From the NCBI GenBank assembly GCA_964650355.1, contig CAZYTL010000001.1, positions 149,552 through 213,551 on the forward strand: DNA of 64,000 bases, written 5' to 3'. Shown here piece by piece: positions 10,726 to 21,223 of this stretch. The position numbers and the translations under genes are program-made. The stretch comes from an uncultured Gammaproteobacteria bacterium (lineage in GTDB: Bacteria; Patescibacteriota; Microgenomatia; CAYXHB01; CAZYTL01). Under the pieces are notes generated by a model, which saw only the letters and a list, made by a program, of their open reading frames with translations, did no database searches and was not told where the DNA came from. Position 1 is the first letter of the stretch, and the number at the start of each line of letters is the position of its first letter.

Positions 10726-12327
10726 TCAATTGTATGTCATCTGGGTGTAAGCGGGATAAGGGTTGTCTCCCAAAGACTCGGAGCGAAATCTGATTGCCCG
10801 ATGATACAGATCCGTATATCTTTCCGCAGCGTGTTCCCAAGAAAAATCCTTTAACATTGCCCTTCGAATTAAGCCCCGCCATACTCTGGGATTCTTAAAA
10901 TACTCCAGCGCCCGAACTAAAGCGCCGTAAAATGCCCAGGGATTGTAATTTTTAAAAGTAAACCCATACCCTGTATTTTTCATGGGATTGTAATCTTCCA
11001 CCGTATCAGCCAATCCTCCCGTAGCCCTGGCCACCGGAATACTACCATAGCGCAAAGCTTCGATGCAGGTAATTCCTCCTGGCTCATAAGCGGAGGGCAA
11101 TAAAAAAATGTCAGAACCGGCAAATATCTTTCTGGGTAAGGTAAAATTAGCCATTAAATGAGTGCCCACCTGGCCGGCAAATTTCTTTTCCATGGCGACT
11201 AAAAATTGCCTGGCGTGGCTATCTGGTTCCCCCATGGCAATAAACTGAACCGGATATTCGCGCAGCAAAATGGGGAGCACCTCTTCCAAGAGTTCTATGC
11301 CTTTTTGTCCCGTTAATCTGCCTTCAATTGACAGCAACGGCAATGAAGGATCTTCGGGTAAATTAAATTCCCTTTGTAAATCAATTTTATTTTCTTGCCT
11401 GGTTTCTAAATTGGTAACCGAGAAATTTTTATAAATAATCTTGTCTGTTTTAGGATTGAATTCTTCGTAGTCTAATCCATTTAAAATCCCGAACACTTTG
11501 GTCCTGACCTCTTTAAGCAACTGATCTAATCCTTCTCCATAGTCAGGCAACATGATCTCCTGAGCATATTTTTCCGATACTGTATTGACCACGTCAGCGT
11601 ACATGATACCGCGTTTAACACTATTCTGTTTTTGTAGTCGGGGATCAAAAAACGGTGCTAGACGACTTTTGCCGTCATCAAAATCGATCTCGCTGGCATA
11701 CTTATACTCAAAGGGCCCCTGATAGGGAAGATTGTGAATGGAAAAGACCAATCCTACCTTATCCAACTTCTTATTGTTCTTATACTCAGTTCTTAAATAA
11801 TTGGCCAGATATCCGGTATGCCAGTCTGAGGCATTAATTACATCCGGTTTCCAATTTGCTTTTAATAACCATTCAACTGCTCCGCGGGATAACAGTGCAA
11901 ATCGGATATGGTCATCCTGATACTGATAGACATTGGCTCTCTGTTCATAGTATTCCTGGTTTTCAAGAAAGTAGACAATCGGGTCTTTGGTACTCCCCAA
12001 CCATCGCTTAACGTTGCAAATTAACGAATGCTTATGATCTTTATCTGTATGTCCCGTTGGTACACTTAACTCCTTCATTTCCATGGTCATCGGGTAGCGT
12101 TTTTCGTCAATCAATCCAAACTTAGGAGTAAAAATTCTTACGTCATGACCCATTTTGATTAAGGCTCTAGACAGAAAATACATCACTTGTGACAGACCAC
12201 CTACGGAAGAAAAAGGAGCCACTTCTGCCGCCACAAAGAGAATTTTTAATTGTTTGCCTTTATTCCTTGCTTTTCTGCTAATTCCTTTAGCCATAAATCT
12301 TCTTATAACAATTCTACCACATTTCAA
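10726..12327 (-). CDS. glgA: glycogen/starch synthase (GT5, GlgA-like)
   Basis: KILFVAAEVAPFSSVGGL motif; the ORF-track N-terminus is probably over-extended. Confidence 0.75.
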   Translation of the reverse strand: MKCGRIVIRRFMAKGISRKARNKGKQLKILFVAAEVAPFSSVGGLSQVMYFLSRALIKMGHDVRIFTPKFGLIDEKRYPMTMEMKELSVPTGHTDKDHKHSLICNVKRWLGSTKDPIVYFLENQEYYEQRANVYQYQDDHIRFALLSRGAVEWLLKANWKPDVINASDWHTGYLANYLRTEYKNNKKLDKVGLVFSIHNLPYQGPFEYKYASEIDFDDGKSRLAPFFDPRLQKQNSVKRGIMYADVVNTVSEKYAQEIMLPDYGEGLDQLLKEVRTKVFGILNGLDYEEFNPKTDKIIYKNFSVTNLETRQENKIDLQREFNLPEDPSLPLLSIEGRLTGQKGIELLEEVLPILLREYPVQFIAMGEPDSHARQFLVAMEKKFAGQVGTHLMANFTLPRKIFAGSDIFLLPSAYEPGGITCIEALRYGSIPVARATGGLADTVEDYNPMKNTGYGFTFKNYNPWAFYGALVRALEYFKNPRVWRGLIRRAMLKDFSWEHAAERYTDLYHRAIRFRSESLGDNPYPAYTQMTYN

Positions 12328-12405
12328 TCCAGTTCAAGTAGCTACTGACGAACAGAAAACAAAGCCGTTGTCTTTCCATAGATAACGGCTTCCCCTAACA
12401 GAAGA

Positions 12406-13389
12406 CTAATTTACCTTGGACACAATTTTGGGAATTAACCAGTCAGGCACTCGGGAGCCTTTAGCCTCTTCCTGGCCTTCCGGCTCTCCAGCGGCTTCTG
12501 GGACTGAGTCCTGGGGTTGAGTTTCTGCCACTTGTTCTGGTTCCTGATCCATACCAGTCACCTGATCAACTGGAGCGGCAGGACTGGTTTTTTCAGGTAC
12601 AATTAAAGTCTGGCTACTTGCTGGTTGTTTACTGGCAAGCGGGGTCCTGGAGTAAGCTCTGATAGCTCCATAACGCAAACACATCGCCACTGTTTCCAGC
12701 GTCTGAGGTGCGGTATCTGGATTAGTCAAATTTGCTGTTTTATATTCAATTCCAGAGAGCAAATTAGTAGCGATATCCGCATCCATCTCAAACTGCATTC
12801 CCTGCAGTAAATTAAAAATTATCTCCGAAACTGAAGACGCCTGTTGATCTACAAATTCATAATTTTTCGGATGATCGGGTTGCGGTGTGGATCCAATCCG
12901 TACTAAATGAGTAGAGCTAATCAAAGATTGGAAATATTGTTTTTCAAAGTGAGAAAAATCATTCGGGTGGTTCGTATCGATGAAAAAAATCACTTCTGAT
13001 TTGAAGGCCTGGTAGGCGTAAGAAATTGCCTGATGATCCGGAGAAGGATAACCCTTCCTAGGTTCAATAATGATTTCAAAATGACCACTCTGCTGATTAA
13101 CCTCAGTGTAAACCTTTTCGATATTGTCTTTTTGACCGGGTAAGGAAATCACCAAATTGTTCCCTGTCAACTGATTTATCACCTGATCCACGCCGATTAG
13201 CCGATTATGTTCCACTGTTAGTTGAGTAGGAGAGTAGGTATGAATCTGTTTTTTGTCCTTCAATATACTTAAATGCAGCCCTAAAGCAGCTGCTAAAATA
13301 TCCAAATCAGGTTCAGGAGGTAAGATAGTTAAGAAGGAATGGGAGTGAGCTAGTAACTGTTTTAACTCATCAATGTTAGTATGTGCCAT
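12406..13389 (-). CDS. DHH-family (NrnA-like) phosphoesterase with acidic C-terminal tail
   Basis: N-terminal H-x-H..DPD pattern; low-complexity acidic tail. Confidence 0.35.
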   Translation of the reverse strand: MAHTNIDELKQLLAHSHSFLTILPPEPDLDILAAALGLHLSILKDKKQIHTYSPTQLTVEHNRLIGVDQVINQLTGNNLVISLPGQKDNIEKVYTEVNQQSGHFEIIIEPRKGYPSPDHQAISYAYQAFKSEVIFFIDTNHPNDFSHFEKQYFQSLISSTHLVRIGSTPQPDHPKNYEFVDQQASSVSEIIFNLLQGMQFEMDADIATNLLSGIEYKTANLTNPDTAPQTLETVAMCLRYGAIRAYSRTPLASKQPASSQTLIVPEKTSPAAPVDQVTGMDQEPEQVAETQPQDSVPEAAGEPEGQEEAKGSRVPDWLIPKIVSKVN

Positions 13390-13401
13390 AATAATAATCC
13401 C

Positions 13402-14811
13402 CTAATAACTAATTATATCGTCTCCAACATGAAAGTCAACATAAGGCGAGAACACAGCGCCAAACTCTGCACCTGAAGCCACCTTGTTCACTTCCTCTTT
13501 GCCCTGTCTTAAAGACTTGATTTTGGTTTTTTTCACTAGCTGGCCATTTCTTAAAAGTAACACCTGATGATCTTTTGATAACTCACCTTCTGCTACTTTG
13601 CCGCCGGCAATCCGATCCTTGTTAATCTTAAACTCGGCCAAAATTTCCGCTTTGGCTTTCACTTCAATCCCATACAAAGGATCAATTAATCGCTGATACT
13701 GATCCGCCAGATATTCAAATAATTCATAAATAATTTTAAAAGTCTTCACTGTCACCTCCTCCGTTTCCGCCAGTTTAGTTACTGATTTGGGCACTGACAC
13801 ATGGAAACCTATCACTTGGGCTCCTGAAGTTTTGGCCAGCAGAATATCATTTTCCGAAATATCACCTACACCTTCGGCTAGTAACTGGATCCCTTTGGGT
13901 AAGGAATTTATTATCGCCTCACTGGAGCCTGCCACATCAGCTTTAACAATGATGGGTAATTTCTGCTCCTGATTCAGGGTGGGGGGAGGAACAGCCGGTA
14001 ACCCGGACGGCTGAACTATGGGCAGATCAGTCGGTAATCCGCTGTGGACTTGGGCTCCCACCGGCGGCACTTCCGTAAAACCCAATATCTGAACTGGTTG
14101 GCTGGGTCCAGCCTCTTTAATCGGCCGGCCCTGGTAATCAAACATGGCCTTGATTTTGCCAGTAATAGTTTCCGCATGGATTGCCTGTCCGATTTTTAAG
14201 CTCCCATTACGTACTATCAGGTTGGCAATCGCACCCCTGCGGTTGTCTAGCTCTGATTCAATCACCACCGCTTCCAGCGTCGCTTGCGGATCTCCTTTCA
14301 ATTCCAAGGTTTCCGCCAGCAAGGCAATCATCTGTAACAACTCATCCACTCCTTGTCCGGTCACTGCTGATACAGGTACTGCGATCACTTTGCCCCCCTG
14401 ATCTTCGGTCGGGTGACCTCGCTCGACCAATTGACTCTTCACTTGCTGGGCATCCGCACCGGGCAAATCCATTTTGTTAATGGCCACCAAAAAAGGCACC
14501 TGCGCTTGGTTGATATGTTGCAGAGACTCCTCTGTTTGCGGTTTGATCCCTTCATTGGCCGCAATCACTAACACCACCAAGTCTGCTACTTGTCCGCCCC
14601 GGGCTCGCATCTTTTCAAACGCCGCGTGTCCGGGAGTATCCACAAAAGTAATCGCGGGATTATCAATTTGATAAGCATTGATGTGTTGAGTGATCCCGCC
14701 TGATTCCTTTTCTGTGACCTTGGTTTTCCGGATATAATCCAGCAAACTGGTTTTGCCATGATCCACATGGCCCATGATGGTGACGATTGGTGGTCGATTA
14801 GCCATAACCAT
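13402..14811 (-). CDS. infB: translation initiation factor IF-2 (short form)
   Basis: G-domain [26 protein letters not shown]; 469 aa. Confidence 0.9.
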   Translation of the reverse strand: MVMANRPPIVTIMGHVDHGKTSLLDYIRKTKVTEKESGGITQHINAYQIDNPAITFVDTPGHAAFEKMRARGGQVADLVVLVIAANEGIKPQTEESLQHINQAQVPFLVAINKMDLPGADAQQVKSQLVERGHPTEDQGGKVIAVPVSAVTGQGVDELLQMIALLAETLELKGDPQATLEAVVIESELDNRRGAIANLIVRNGSLKIGQAIHAETITGKIKAMFDYQGRPIKEAGPSQPVQILGFTEVPPVGAQVHSGLPTDLPIVQPSGLPAVPPPTLNQEQKLPIIVKADVAGSSEAIINSLPKGIQLLAEGVGDISENDILLAKTSGAQVIGFHVSVPKSVTKLAETEEVTVKTFKIIYELFEYLADQYQRLIDPLYGIEVKAKAEILAEFKINKDRIAGGKVAEGELSKDHQVLLLRNGQLVKKTKIKSLRQGKEEVNKVASGAEFGAVFSPYVDFHVGDDIISY

Positions 14812-14933
14812 AGCTCCACAACAATTCCTTAGTTACAGCCCAAAGTAGAAGTATTTAGAAGCGACTATTCAATATTTTCTTTCATAATCATTACTACTTA
14901 ATTACTTCAATCTGTAACTTGGAATTCTCAAAA

Positions 14934-16157
14934 TTAGTCAGACAATTTTTTTATCTCTTCAATGGCCTTTGGCCCGATGCCTTTGATGGCTTTGAGTTCA
15001 TCTTCAGATTTCTGCTTTAAATCAGCCACACTAGTAATGCCTTCCTTGGCCAAAATGTTAACCACTTTAGCAGACAAACCTGCTTGCTCCAACTCATTGG
15101 TAGCCGGTTTCTCAGACTTTTCCTCTGCCTTCACAGTATCGTCAGTCGGGTGGGCGGAAACCGGTTTGGCTCCGGAAGCTCCCACAATATCTAATTTGAA
15201 TCCGGTTAATTTTGCCGCCAGCCTCACGTTTTGACCTTCTTTGCCAATGGCGAGAGACAACTGATCATCCGGGACCACCACCTTGGCTAACATCTTATCC
15301 TGATCGATAGCTACCGACTCTACTTCTGCCGGAGCAATCGCACCAGTAATGAACTTGACCGGATCTTCGTCATATTGAATAATATCCAACTTTTCACCGC
15401 TTAACTCATCAATTACGGCCTGAACCCTGACCCCTTTTTGACCCACACAAGAACCCACTGGATCCACCCCGGGTTGAGTAGAGTGGACTGCTACTTTGGT
15501 TCGGCTGCCTGGTTCTCTGGCAATCGCCATAATTTCTACCGCCCCTGTGGAAACTTCAGGAACCTCTCTCCCGAACAACAGTCTCACCAATTCTTTGTTG
15601 GCTCTGGAAACCACAACTTCTTGGCCTTTCATTGATTGCCTGATTCCCTCGATGAGAAATGTCAAATGCTGATTCAGGTGATATTTGTCAGTGCTCACCT
15701 GTTCGTGTGGAGGTAACACAGCTTCAGCTTTACCCAAGGCGACAATAATGTTTGGCCCGTCAAACCGTAAAATCATTCCGTTAATCAAAGTACTTACTTT
15801 ATCTTCAAATTGGCTGATGGTAGCTGCTTTTTCAGCTTCTCTGATTTTTTGCAGAATCACTTGTTTGGCAGTTTGAGCTGCAATTCTTCCAAATCCCGGA
15901 GGGGTCACTTCCTTTTTTTGATCCTCGTCATCTTCGGGCCAACCCCACACTTGGGCTGCTCCAGTAGCCGGATCCAATGTCACTTCATAATTCCAGGTAT
16001 CATCCAAAATCTCGCCTGTTTCCCGGGCATCTCTTTTATAGGCTGCTAATATGGCAGTTTTTATTGTTTCAATGACCACTTCCGGCTCTACACCGCGTTC
16101 GGTCGCGAGTTGGTTTACAGCAGCGGCAAATTCTGTTCTGGCGGTTAAAGGACGCAT
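14934..16157 (-). CDS. nusA: transcription termination/antitermination factor NusA
   Basis: S1/KH region and C-terminal HhH repeats; immediately upstream of infB. Confidence 0.88.
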   Translation of the reverse strand: MRPLTARTEFAAAVNQLATERGVEPEVVIETIKTAILAAYKRDARETGEILDDTWNYEVTLDPATGAAQVWGWPEDDEDQKKEVTPPGFGRIAAQTAKQVILQKIREAEKAATISQFEDKVSTLINGMILRFDGPNIIVALGKAEAVLPPHEQVSTDKYHLNQHLTFLIEGIRQSMKGQEVVVSRANKELVRLLFGREVPEVSTGAVEIMAIAREPGSRTKVAVHSTQPGVDPVGSCVGQKGVRVQAVIDELSGEKLDIIQYDEDPVKFITGAIAPAEVESVAIDQDKMLAKVVVPDDQLSLAIGKEGQNVRLAAKLTGFKLDIVGASGAKPVSAHPTDDTVKAEEKSEKPATNELEQAGLSAKVVNILAKEGITSVADLKQKSEDELKAIKGIGPKAIEEIKKLSD

Positions 16158-16352
16158 AAAATTTAGATTTCAGTAATCAGTTTATATTATTTGAAGATTG
16201 GTAACTGGGATTTAATAAAAAGGGTGGACATTTCGCCCACCTCCCACAAATCTTCTTACCACCATTATCTTACCATTCGAACCCAATCCAGTCAATCAAT
16301 ACCTCAACTGACCATTCCGTCAATCAATGATTGCTTACGTTCAGAACTTAAT

Positions 16353-16874
16353 CTATTTCTGCTCCAGATACAATTGATAATCAAACCAATTCACTACTCC
16401 ATCATTATTCAAGTCAAACCTTAAATCTGCTGTCCCAAAAGCATTCTTAAATTCTTCTTCAGACAACTTTGGCGGCGTATCCGTAGGCGGGGTTTTAAAT
16501 TGCCAAGGTTGACCTCCGTTATCAAAAACTTCCTGTCCCACTTGAATCTGGAAATAATAAGTACTATCTGGTTCCAAATTATTTAAAGTCACCCTGTGGG
16601 TCTTCACCGAAGACAACTCTGTTTGCGTTTGCTCCAAAGCAGTCGGACTTTTACCATATAAGATTAGACTGATTACTTCCTGCTCTGTGGTCCAGCTTAT
16701 CACTGCCTGATCAGAACCCACCACTCTGGACTGCGCGTTTTGAGGCTTGCCTATTCCTGTTTGAGCTCTGGATAAATAACTTGTCATCTGCCTCACCGCA
16801 AAAATCCCCGTTACCAATCCCATGATCAACAGCACAACAATGAGGAGATTAATAAAAATTTTCTTTTTATTCAT
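16353..16874 (-). CDS. secreted/anchored Fn3-like protein with C-terminal dockerin-like Ca-binding repeat
   Basis: N-terminal TM, Fn3-like core, DLNNDGVVNWFD. Confidence 0.4.
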   Translation of the reverse strand: MNKKKIFINLLIVVLLIMGLVTGIFAVRQMTSYLSRAQTGIGKPQNAQSRVVGSDQAVISWTTEQEVISLILYGKSPTALEQTQTELSSVKTHRVTLNNLEPDSTYYFQIQVGQEVFDNGGQPWQFKTPPTDTPPKLSEEEFKNAFGTADLRFDLNNDGVVNWFDYQLYLEQK

Positions 16875-16887
16875 AACCCGTTCGCCG

Positions 16888-17667
16888 CTACCAAATAAAT
16901 AATATCACGCTGCCCATCAACAGAATAGCCCCAAATACAGACAAAGTCAATGTGGGAGTCATAGATCCGCTGTCTAACAACTCACCCACTGGAGTAGGCG
17001 TCGGGGTGGAAGATGTTGATCCGCTTGACCCAATTTCCTTTGTGGGAACTGGAGTAGGAGTAGTCGTAACTGATGGAGTGGGAGTTCCAGTGGTTCCCAC
17101 AGCCCCTCCTGTAGGACTCGGACTCGGAGTAGATTGAGCTGCCGCTGTTACCGTATACGAGCCGTTAACTACAGATAAACAGTCCAAAATATCTTGGGCT
17201 ACTCCTTGTTTAATAATATTACTGTCATTTGTAGCTCCTGAAGTACATTTAATCGTCACTGCTGACACCCCTTCTGCCACACCTGTAAAATTAATAGTGG
17301 CTAACACGCCAGAGCCTTGAAAGTTGTCTCCCGGTCCGCCTCCAGAGAAATAACTAAAAGTGGATAACTTTCCTCCTGTATTATCAATATTGGGCACATT
17401 TTGCGGATACAGAGTGCCAAAGGTCACATCAGTAACATTTAAAATCGTGGGGTCGTAATTCAATACCAAGTCCGTTTCAATCGAAGAGTCGGTTCCGGTG
17501 TCCAACATGACCTGCACACTAAACTGACTACCGCTGTCCGTGGTCGGGGATAATGACAAAGATCCGGCCGCTCTCACTTGAGGCGCAACAAACAAGCCAG
17601 CCATCAAAAACAATCCTCCAACCAAACCTCTTCGCCAGCTTAAAATATCTCGTAACTGCTCAATCAT
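16888..17667 (-). CDS. cohesin-domain surface protein with Thr/Pro linker and C-terminal TM anchor
   Basis: signal/TM, cohesin-like beta-sandwich region, TPTP linkers, C-terminal hydrophobic helix. Confidence 0.4.
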   Translation of the reverse strand: MIEQLRDILSWRRGLVGGLFLMAGLFVAPQVRAAGSLSLSPTTDSGSQFSVQVMLDTGTDSSIETDLVLNYDPTILNVTDVTFGTLYPQNVPNIDNTGGKLSTFSYFSGGGPGDNFQGSGVLATINFTGVAEGVSAVTIKCTSGATNDSNIIKQGVAQDILDCLSVVNGSYTVTAAAQSTPSPSPTGGAVGTTGTPTPSVTTTPTPVPTKEIGSSGSTSSTPTPTPVGELLDSGSMTPTLTLSVFGAILLMGSVILFIW

Positions 17668-17761
17668 AACTTCATTGTGAACAACTTCAAAAAAAGAATC
17701 AAGACCCGAATCACTGGTTGCAATTTCACCGTTCTCATGCTTATACTAAGGTTCAGCAAAC

Positions 17762-18244
17762 ATGGACGATTCCACTACCCCTCCTCCAGATCAGCCCCAG
17801 GTGACAGATCAATCCAGTTCTCAGGGGCAAGTCAACGAAAACCAGCCATTTGACATTCAGGCTTTTGAAGCCACCAGAGAGATTGCCGCCCGTCAGGCAC
17901 AAAGACTGCAAGAAATTAAAAAAGAACTCAAAATTTACGCCGAGCAACTCAAAGACCTGCTGGAAAATGATCAGCCGTTAGTAGAAGCTGAACAAGCAGC
18001 CAAAGACTTAACTCAGAAAGTCAAACTACGCAAAACCGAGATTCTGGAAACCACCGAAGCCAAGAACATCAAACTTAAAATTACCGACATTAAAGAAGAA
18101 CGATCCGATATCGAAGACAGCCTCAGTGCCCATCTGGTTGACCTTTATCAGACCACCGGAGTGATGGAATTTGAAGACCAACAAGGCAACTTGTGGGAAT
18201 ACGACATCAAAGGCAAGATCAAGACCCGGAAAAAACCTTCCTAG
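17762..18244 (+). CDS. hypothetical coiled-coil protein
   Basis: 160 aa, Pro/Gln-rich N-terminus then charged helix. Confidence 0.3.
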   Translation: MDDSTTPPPDQPQVTDQSSSQGQVNENQPFDIQAFEATREIAARQAQRLQEIKKELKIYAEQLKDLLENDQPLVEAEQAAKDLTQKVKLRKTEILETTEAKNIKLKITDIKEERSDIEDSLSAHLVDLYQTTGVMEFEDQQGNLWEYDIKGKIKTRKKPS

Positions 18245-18380
18245 ACAACCTCCTGAATAATAAGTCGGATATCAACGAACGACTGTTGGTGTAGAGATTA
18301 AGATGGTAACATAACATAAATATATCTTGTTGGTGCTCATTAATCTAAAGATTCGAGCTAAGTCTGCCAACTCTTGAAGC

Positions 18381-19409
18381 ATGAAAATCATCTTCCTTTG
18401 TCACTATTTTCATCCCCGAATCGGGGGGGTAGAAAAGCACGTCTTTAGGGTAGCAGAAGAACTAATCCGTCAGGGCCATGAAATTGTAGTGATTACTAGC
18501 CAGTACACACCAGACTTATTAACTCACGACCAGATCGATGGCATAAAAATTTATCGCATTAAACTACCTGGAAATCATTGGCAGCGACCCTCGAAAATAC
18601 AACTTTGGAAATGGATGGTTAAACACCGCAATTTATTTAAACCAGCTGATATCATTCATTGTCATGATGTTTTCTTCTGGTATTTGCCTTTAAGGTTTTT
18701 ACTACCATTTAAACCCATTTTCACCACGTTTCATGGTTATGAGGGTAAGTGCCCGCCTGACAAAAAATCTATTTTCATCCGGAAAATATCTGAAAAATTG
18801 TCTTTTGGCAATCTTTGCGTAGGTAAGTATTTAGAAAAGTGGTACGGAACCCATGCTAGTGAGATCACCTATGGAGCTACAGAAATACCATCCAAAATCC
18901 CCTCTCCAAAATCAAAAACCTCAGCAGTATTTATCGGAAGAATAGACCAAGATACAGGTATTCCGCAATATTTAGAAACGATTGATTTACTAAACAAACA
19001 AGGAATCAAGCTCAAAGTGGAATTTTGCGGGGACGGTCCCTTACGTAACCAGGCGCAAAAGCGCGGTCGGGTCCTCGGATTCCAAAAAGACATCACCGGC
19101 CCCCTTTCCAGAAATAGATTCGCTTTCGTATCAAGTTATTTATGTATACTAGAAGCGATGGCTCACCACCGATTAGTTTTTGCTGTTTATGATAATGATC
19201 TTAAAAGAGACACTTTATTAATGAGTCCCTTTTTACCATATATAAATATCTCCTCTTCATCTACAAACCTCGCCCGTCAGATTAAAGAAGCCCTCGCCGG
19301 GCCGAATCTTGAACGGGAAATGGTAGACCAAGCATATAAATGGGTCAAAATCCAAACTTGGCAGCAATTGACCCAAAAGTATGTAAACCTTTGGCAAACT
19401 AAATCTTGA
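18381..19409 (+). CDS. glycosyltransferase family 4 (GT-B)
   Basis: 342 aa, GT1/GT4 architecture. Confidence 0.55.
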   Translation: MKIIFLCHYFHPRIGGVEKHVFRVAEELIRQGHEIVVITSQYTPDLLTHDQIDGIKIYRIKLPGNHWQRPSKIQLWKWMVKHRNLFKPADIIHCHDVFFWYLPLRFLLPFKPIFTTFHGYEGKCPPDKKSIFIRKISEKLSFGNLCVGKYLEKWYGTHASEITYGATEIPSKIPSPKSKTSAVFIGRIDQDTGIPQYLETIDLLNKQGIKLKVEFCGDGPLRNQAQKRGRVLGFQKDITGPLSRNRFAFVSSYLCILEAMAHHRLVFAVYDNDLKRDTLLMSPFLPYINISSSSTNLARQIKEALAGPNLEREMVDQAYKWVKIQTWQQLTQKYVNLWQTKS

Positions 19410-19410
19410 T

Positions 19411-20439
19411 ATGGAAGTTTCTCTGATCACCACCGTGCTGAACGAAGAAAAGAGCATTTTAAAATTTTTGGAATCAATACTTAATCAAAATCAACTACCT
19501 GACGATGTCGTCATCGTTGACGGAGGATCAAAGGACAAAACCGTCGAGATTATAAGTCAATTCGCCAAAGAGCATCGCAAACCTCCGATTCAATTAATTA
19601 AATCGCCAGGTGCTAATCGATCAAAAGCAAGAAATCTGGCCATCCAAGGGTCCAAATATTCTGTGATTGCGGTTTCTGATTCCGGCTGTGAATTGCCGCC
19701 TCAATGGCTCGCTGAAATTACTCAGCCATTTAACAAGAAAAACATTGACATTGTGGCCGGTGCTTATCAGCCGATCACCAACACTCTCTGGCAGCGGGCC
19801 GCCGCCACTGGCGCATCAGTTAACTTCGCTCGCGTTAATCCGGCCACCTTTTTGCCTTCTTCCCGATCAGTGGCCTTTAGAAAGGCCGCCTGGAAAAAGG
19901 TGGGCGGTTATCCTGAACATCTTAATACCGCAGAGGATCTGGTTTTTGCGCAACGGTTATTAAAGGCCGGCTGTAAACAAGCTCTAGCCCGATCAGCAAG
20001 GGTAGATTGGTATCCTCCTTCCAGTACATTAAAAATCATTCGCCAATTTTTCCGCTATTCATTAGGAGACGGCTTGGCGGGACTAGAAGGACACCATGCC
20101 AGGAGATACCTGATCAAAACTCTTATTATCTTCTTAATCATCCTTGCCTACGCTCAAGCTTTAATTCCCTTACCCACTCTCGTCTTAGTCTGCTTACTTT
20201 GGTTTGCCTTCCAGGCCATGCGTAGAACCTGGGAGGATCCTTTCTTTACCCACGTTGGTTTTATTCGGGGTTTATATTTTTGGGCACACTTTGGCTGGGC
20301 AGTGATTCTTTTCCCTGTCACTTTGGCTGGCTTTTGGTTAGGCTTTGTTCGCAGTATAATCGAGACACCAGTACATGAAGACATAAAAAAGAAACCTTCA
20401 AATTACATTCCAATGAAAAATTTTGTTTTTATGCTCTAA
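19411..20439 (+). CDS. glycosyltransferase family 2 with C-terminal TM helices
   Basis: VIVDGGSKD, DSG motifs; hydrophobic C-terminus. Confidence 0.65.
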   Translation: MEVSLITTVLNEEKSILKFLESILNQNQLPDDVVIVDGGSKDKTVEIISQFAKEHRKPPIQLIKSPGANRSKARNLAIQGSKYSVIAVSDSGCELPPQWLAEITQPFNKKNIDIVAGAYQPITNTLWQRAAATGASVNFARVNPATFLPSSRSVAFRKAAWKKVGGYPEHLNTAEDLVFAQRLLKAGCKQALARSARVDWYPPSSTLKIIRQFFRYSLGDGLAGLEGHHARRYLIKTLIIFLIILAYAQALIPLPTLVLVCLLWFAFQAMRRTWEDPFFTHVGFIRGLYFWAHFGWAVILFPVTLAGFWLGFVRSIIETPVHEDIKKKPSNYIPMKNFVFML

Positions 20440-20454
20440 TAGTCACCAGGTTTT

Positions 20455-21201
20455 ATGAATAACCTTACCGCTGTGGTGCTTACCAAAAATGAAGAAAAGA
20501 TCCTTGTCAGGTGTCTTACCAGCTTACAATGGTGTGATCAAATCTTGGTAATCGATGACTATTCAGAGGACGATACCACTGCGATCGCCAAAAAGCACGG
20601 GGCGAAAGTGTTCCAACATCGCCTCGACCAAAACTTTGCCCAACAAAGAAACTTTGCCCTTAAACAAGTAAACACCGAATGGACTTTATTTGTGGACGCC
20701 GATGAACAAGTCACTCCCCAATTGGCTAAAGAAATCCAAAAAGTGATTGTCCAAGACTATCCCCTGGCTTTCCGGATTAAAAGACAAGATATCTTCCTGG
20801 GTAAACATCTTAAACACGGGGAAACTCCTCAATGGAATCAAATTCGGTTAAGTGAAACCAAAGCCGGGGAGTGGGTCAGCCCGGTGCACGAGCTTTGGCG
20901 GGTACCTGGAACCGTTGGTCAACTGCACCAACCATTGCTCCATTATTCACACGACAACTTAGCCGAATTCCTGAATAAAATCAACCAATACACCACCATT
21001 GCAGCTCAACATCATTTTCGCCGGGGACATCGCAGCAATTGGTGGCAAATCATTGTTTACCCAGGAGGAAAATTTATCCGCAACTATCTTTTGCGTCTTG
21101 GTCTACTCGACGGGAGCCACGGGTTTGTTCACGCCGCCTTGATGAGCTTTCACTCCTTTTTGGTCAGAAGCAAGCTTTATTTAATCCAAAGAAGAGCCTG
21201 A
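20455..21201 (+). CDS. glycosyltransferase family 2
   Basis: VIDDYSEDDT, DAD motifs. Confidence 0.65.
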   Translation: MNNLTAVVLTKNEEKILVRCLTSLQWCDQILVIDDYSEDDTTAIAKKHGAKVFQHRLDQNFAQQRNFALKQVNTEWTLFVDADEQVTPQLAKEIQKVIVQDYPLAFRIKRQDIFLGKHLKHGETPQWNQIRLSETKAGEWVSPVHELWRVPGTVGQLHQPLLHYSHDNLAEFLNKINQYTTIAAQHHFRRGHRSNWWQIIVYPGGKFIRNYLLRLGLLDGSHGFVHAALMSFHSFLVRSKLYLIQRRA

Positions 21202-21223
21202 CCTCCAGAGATCACTAACATTC

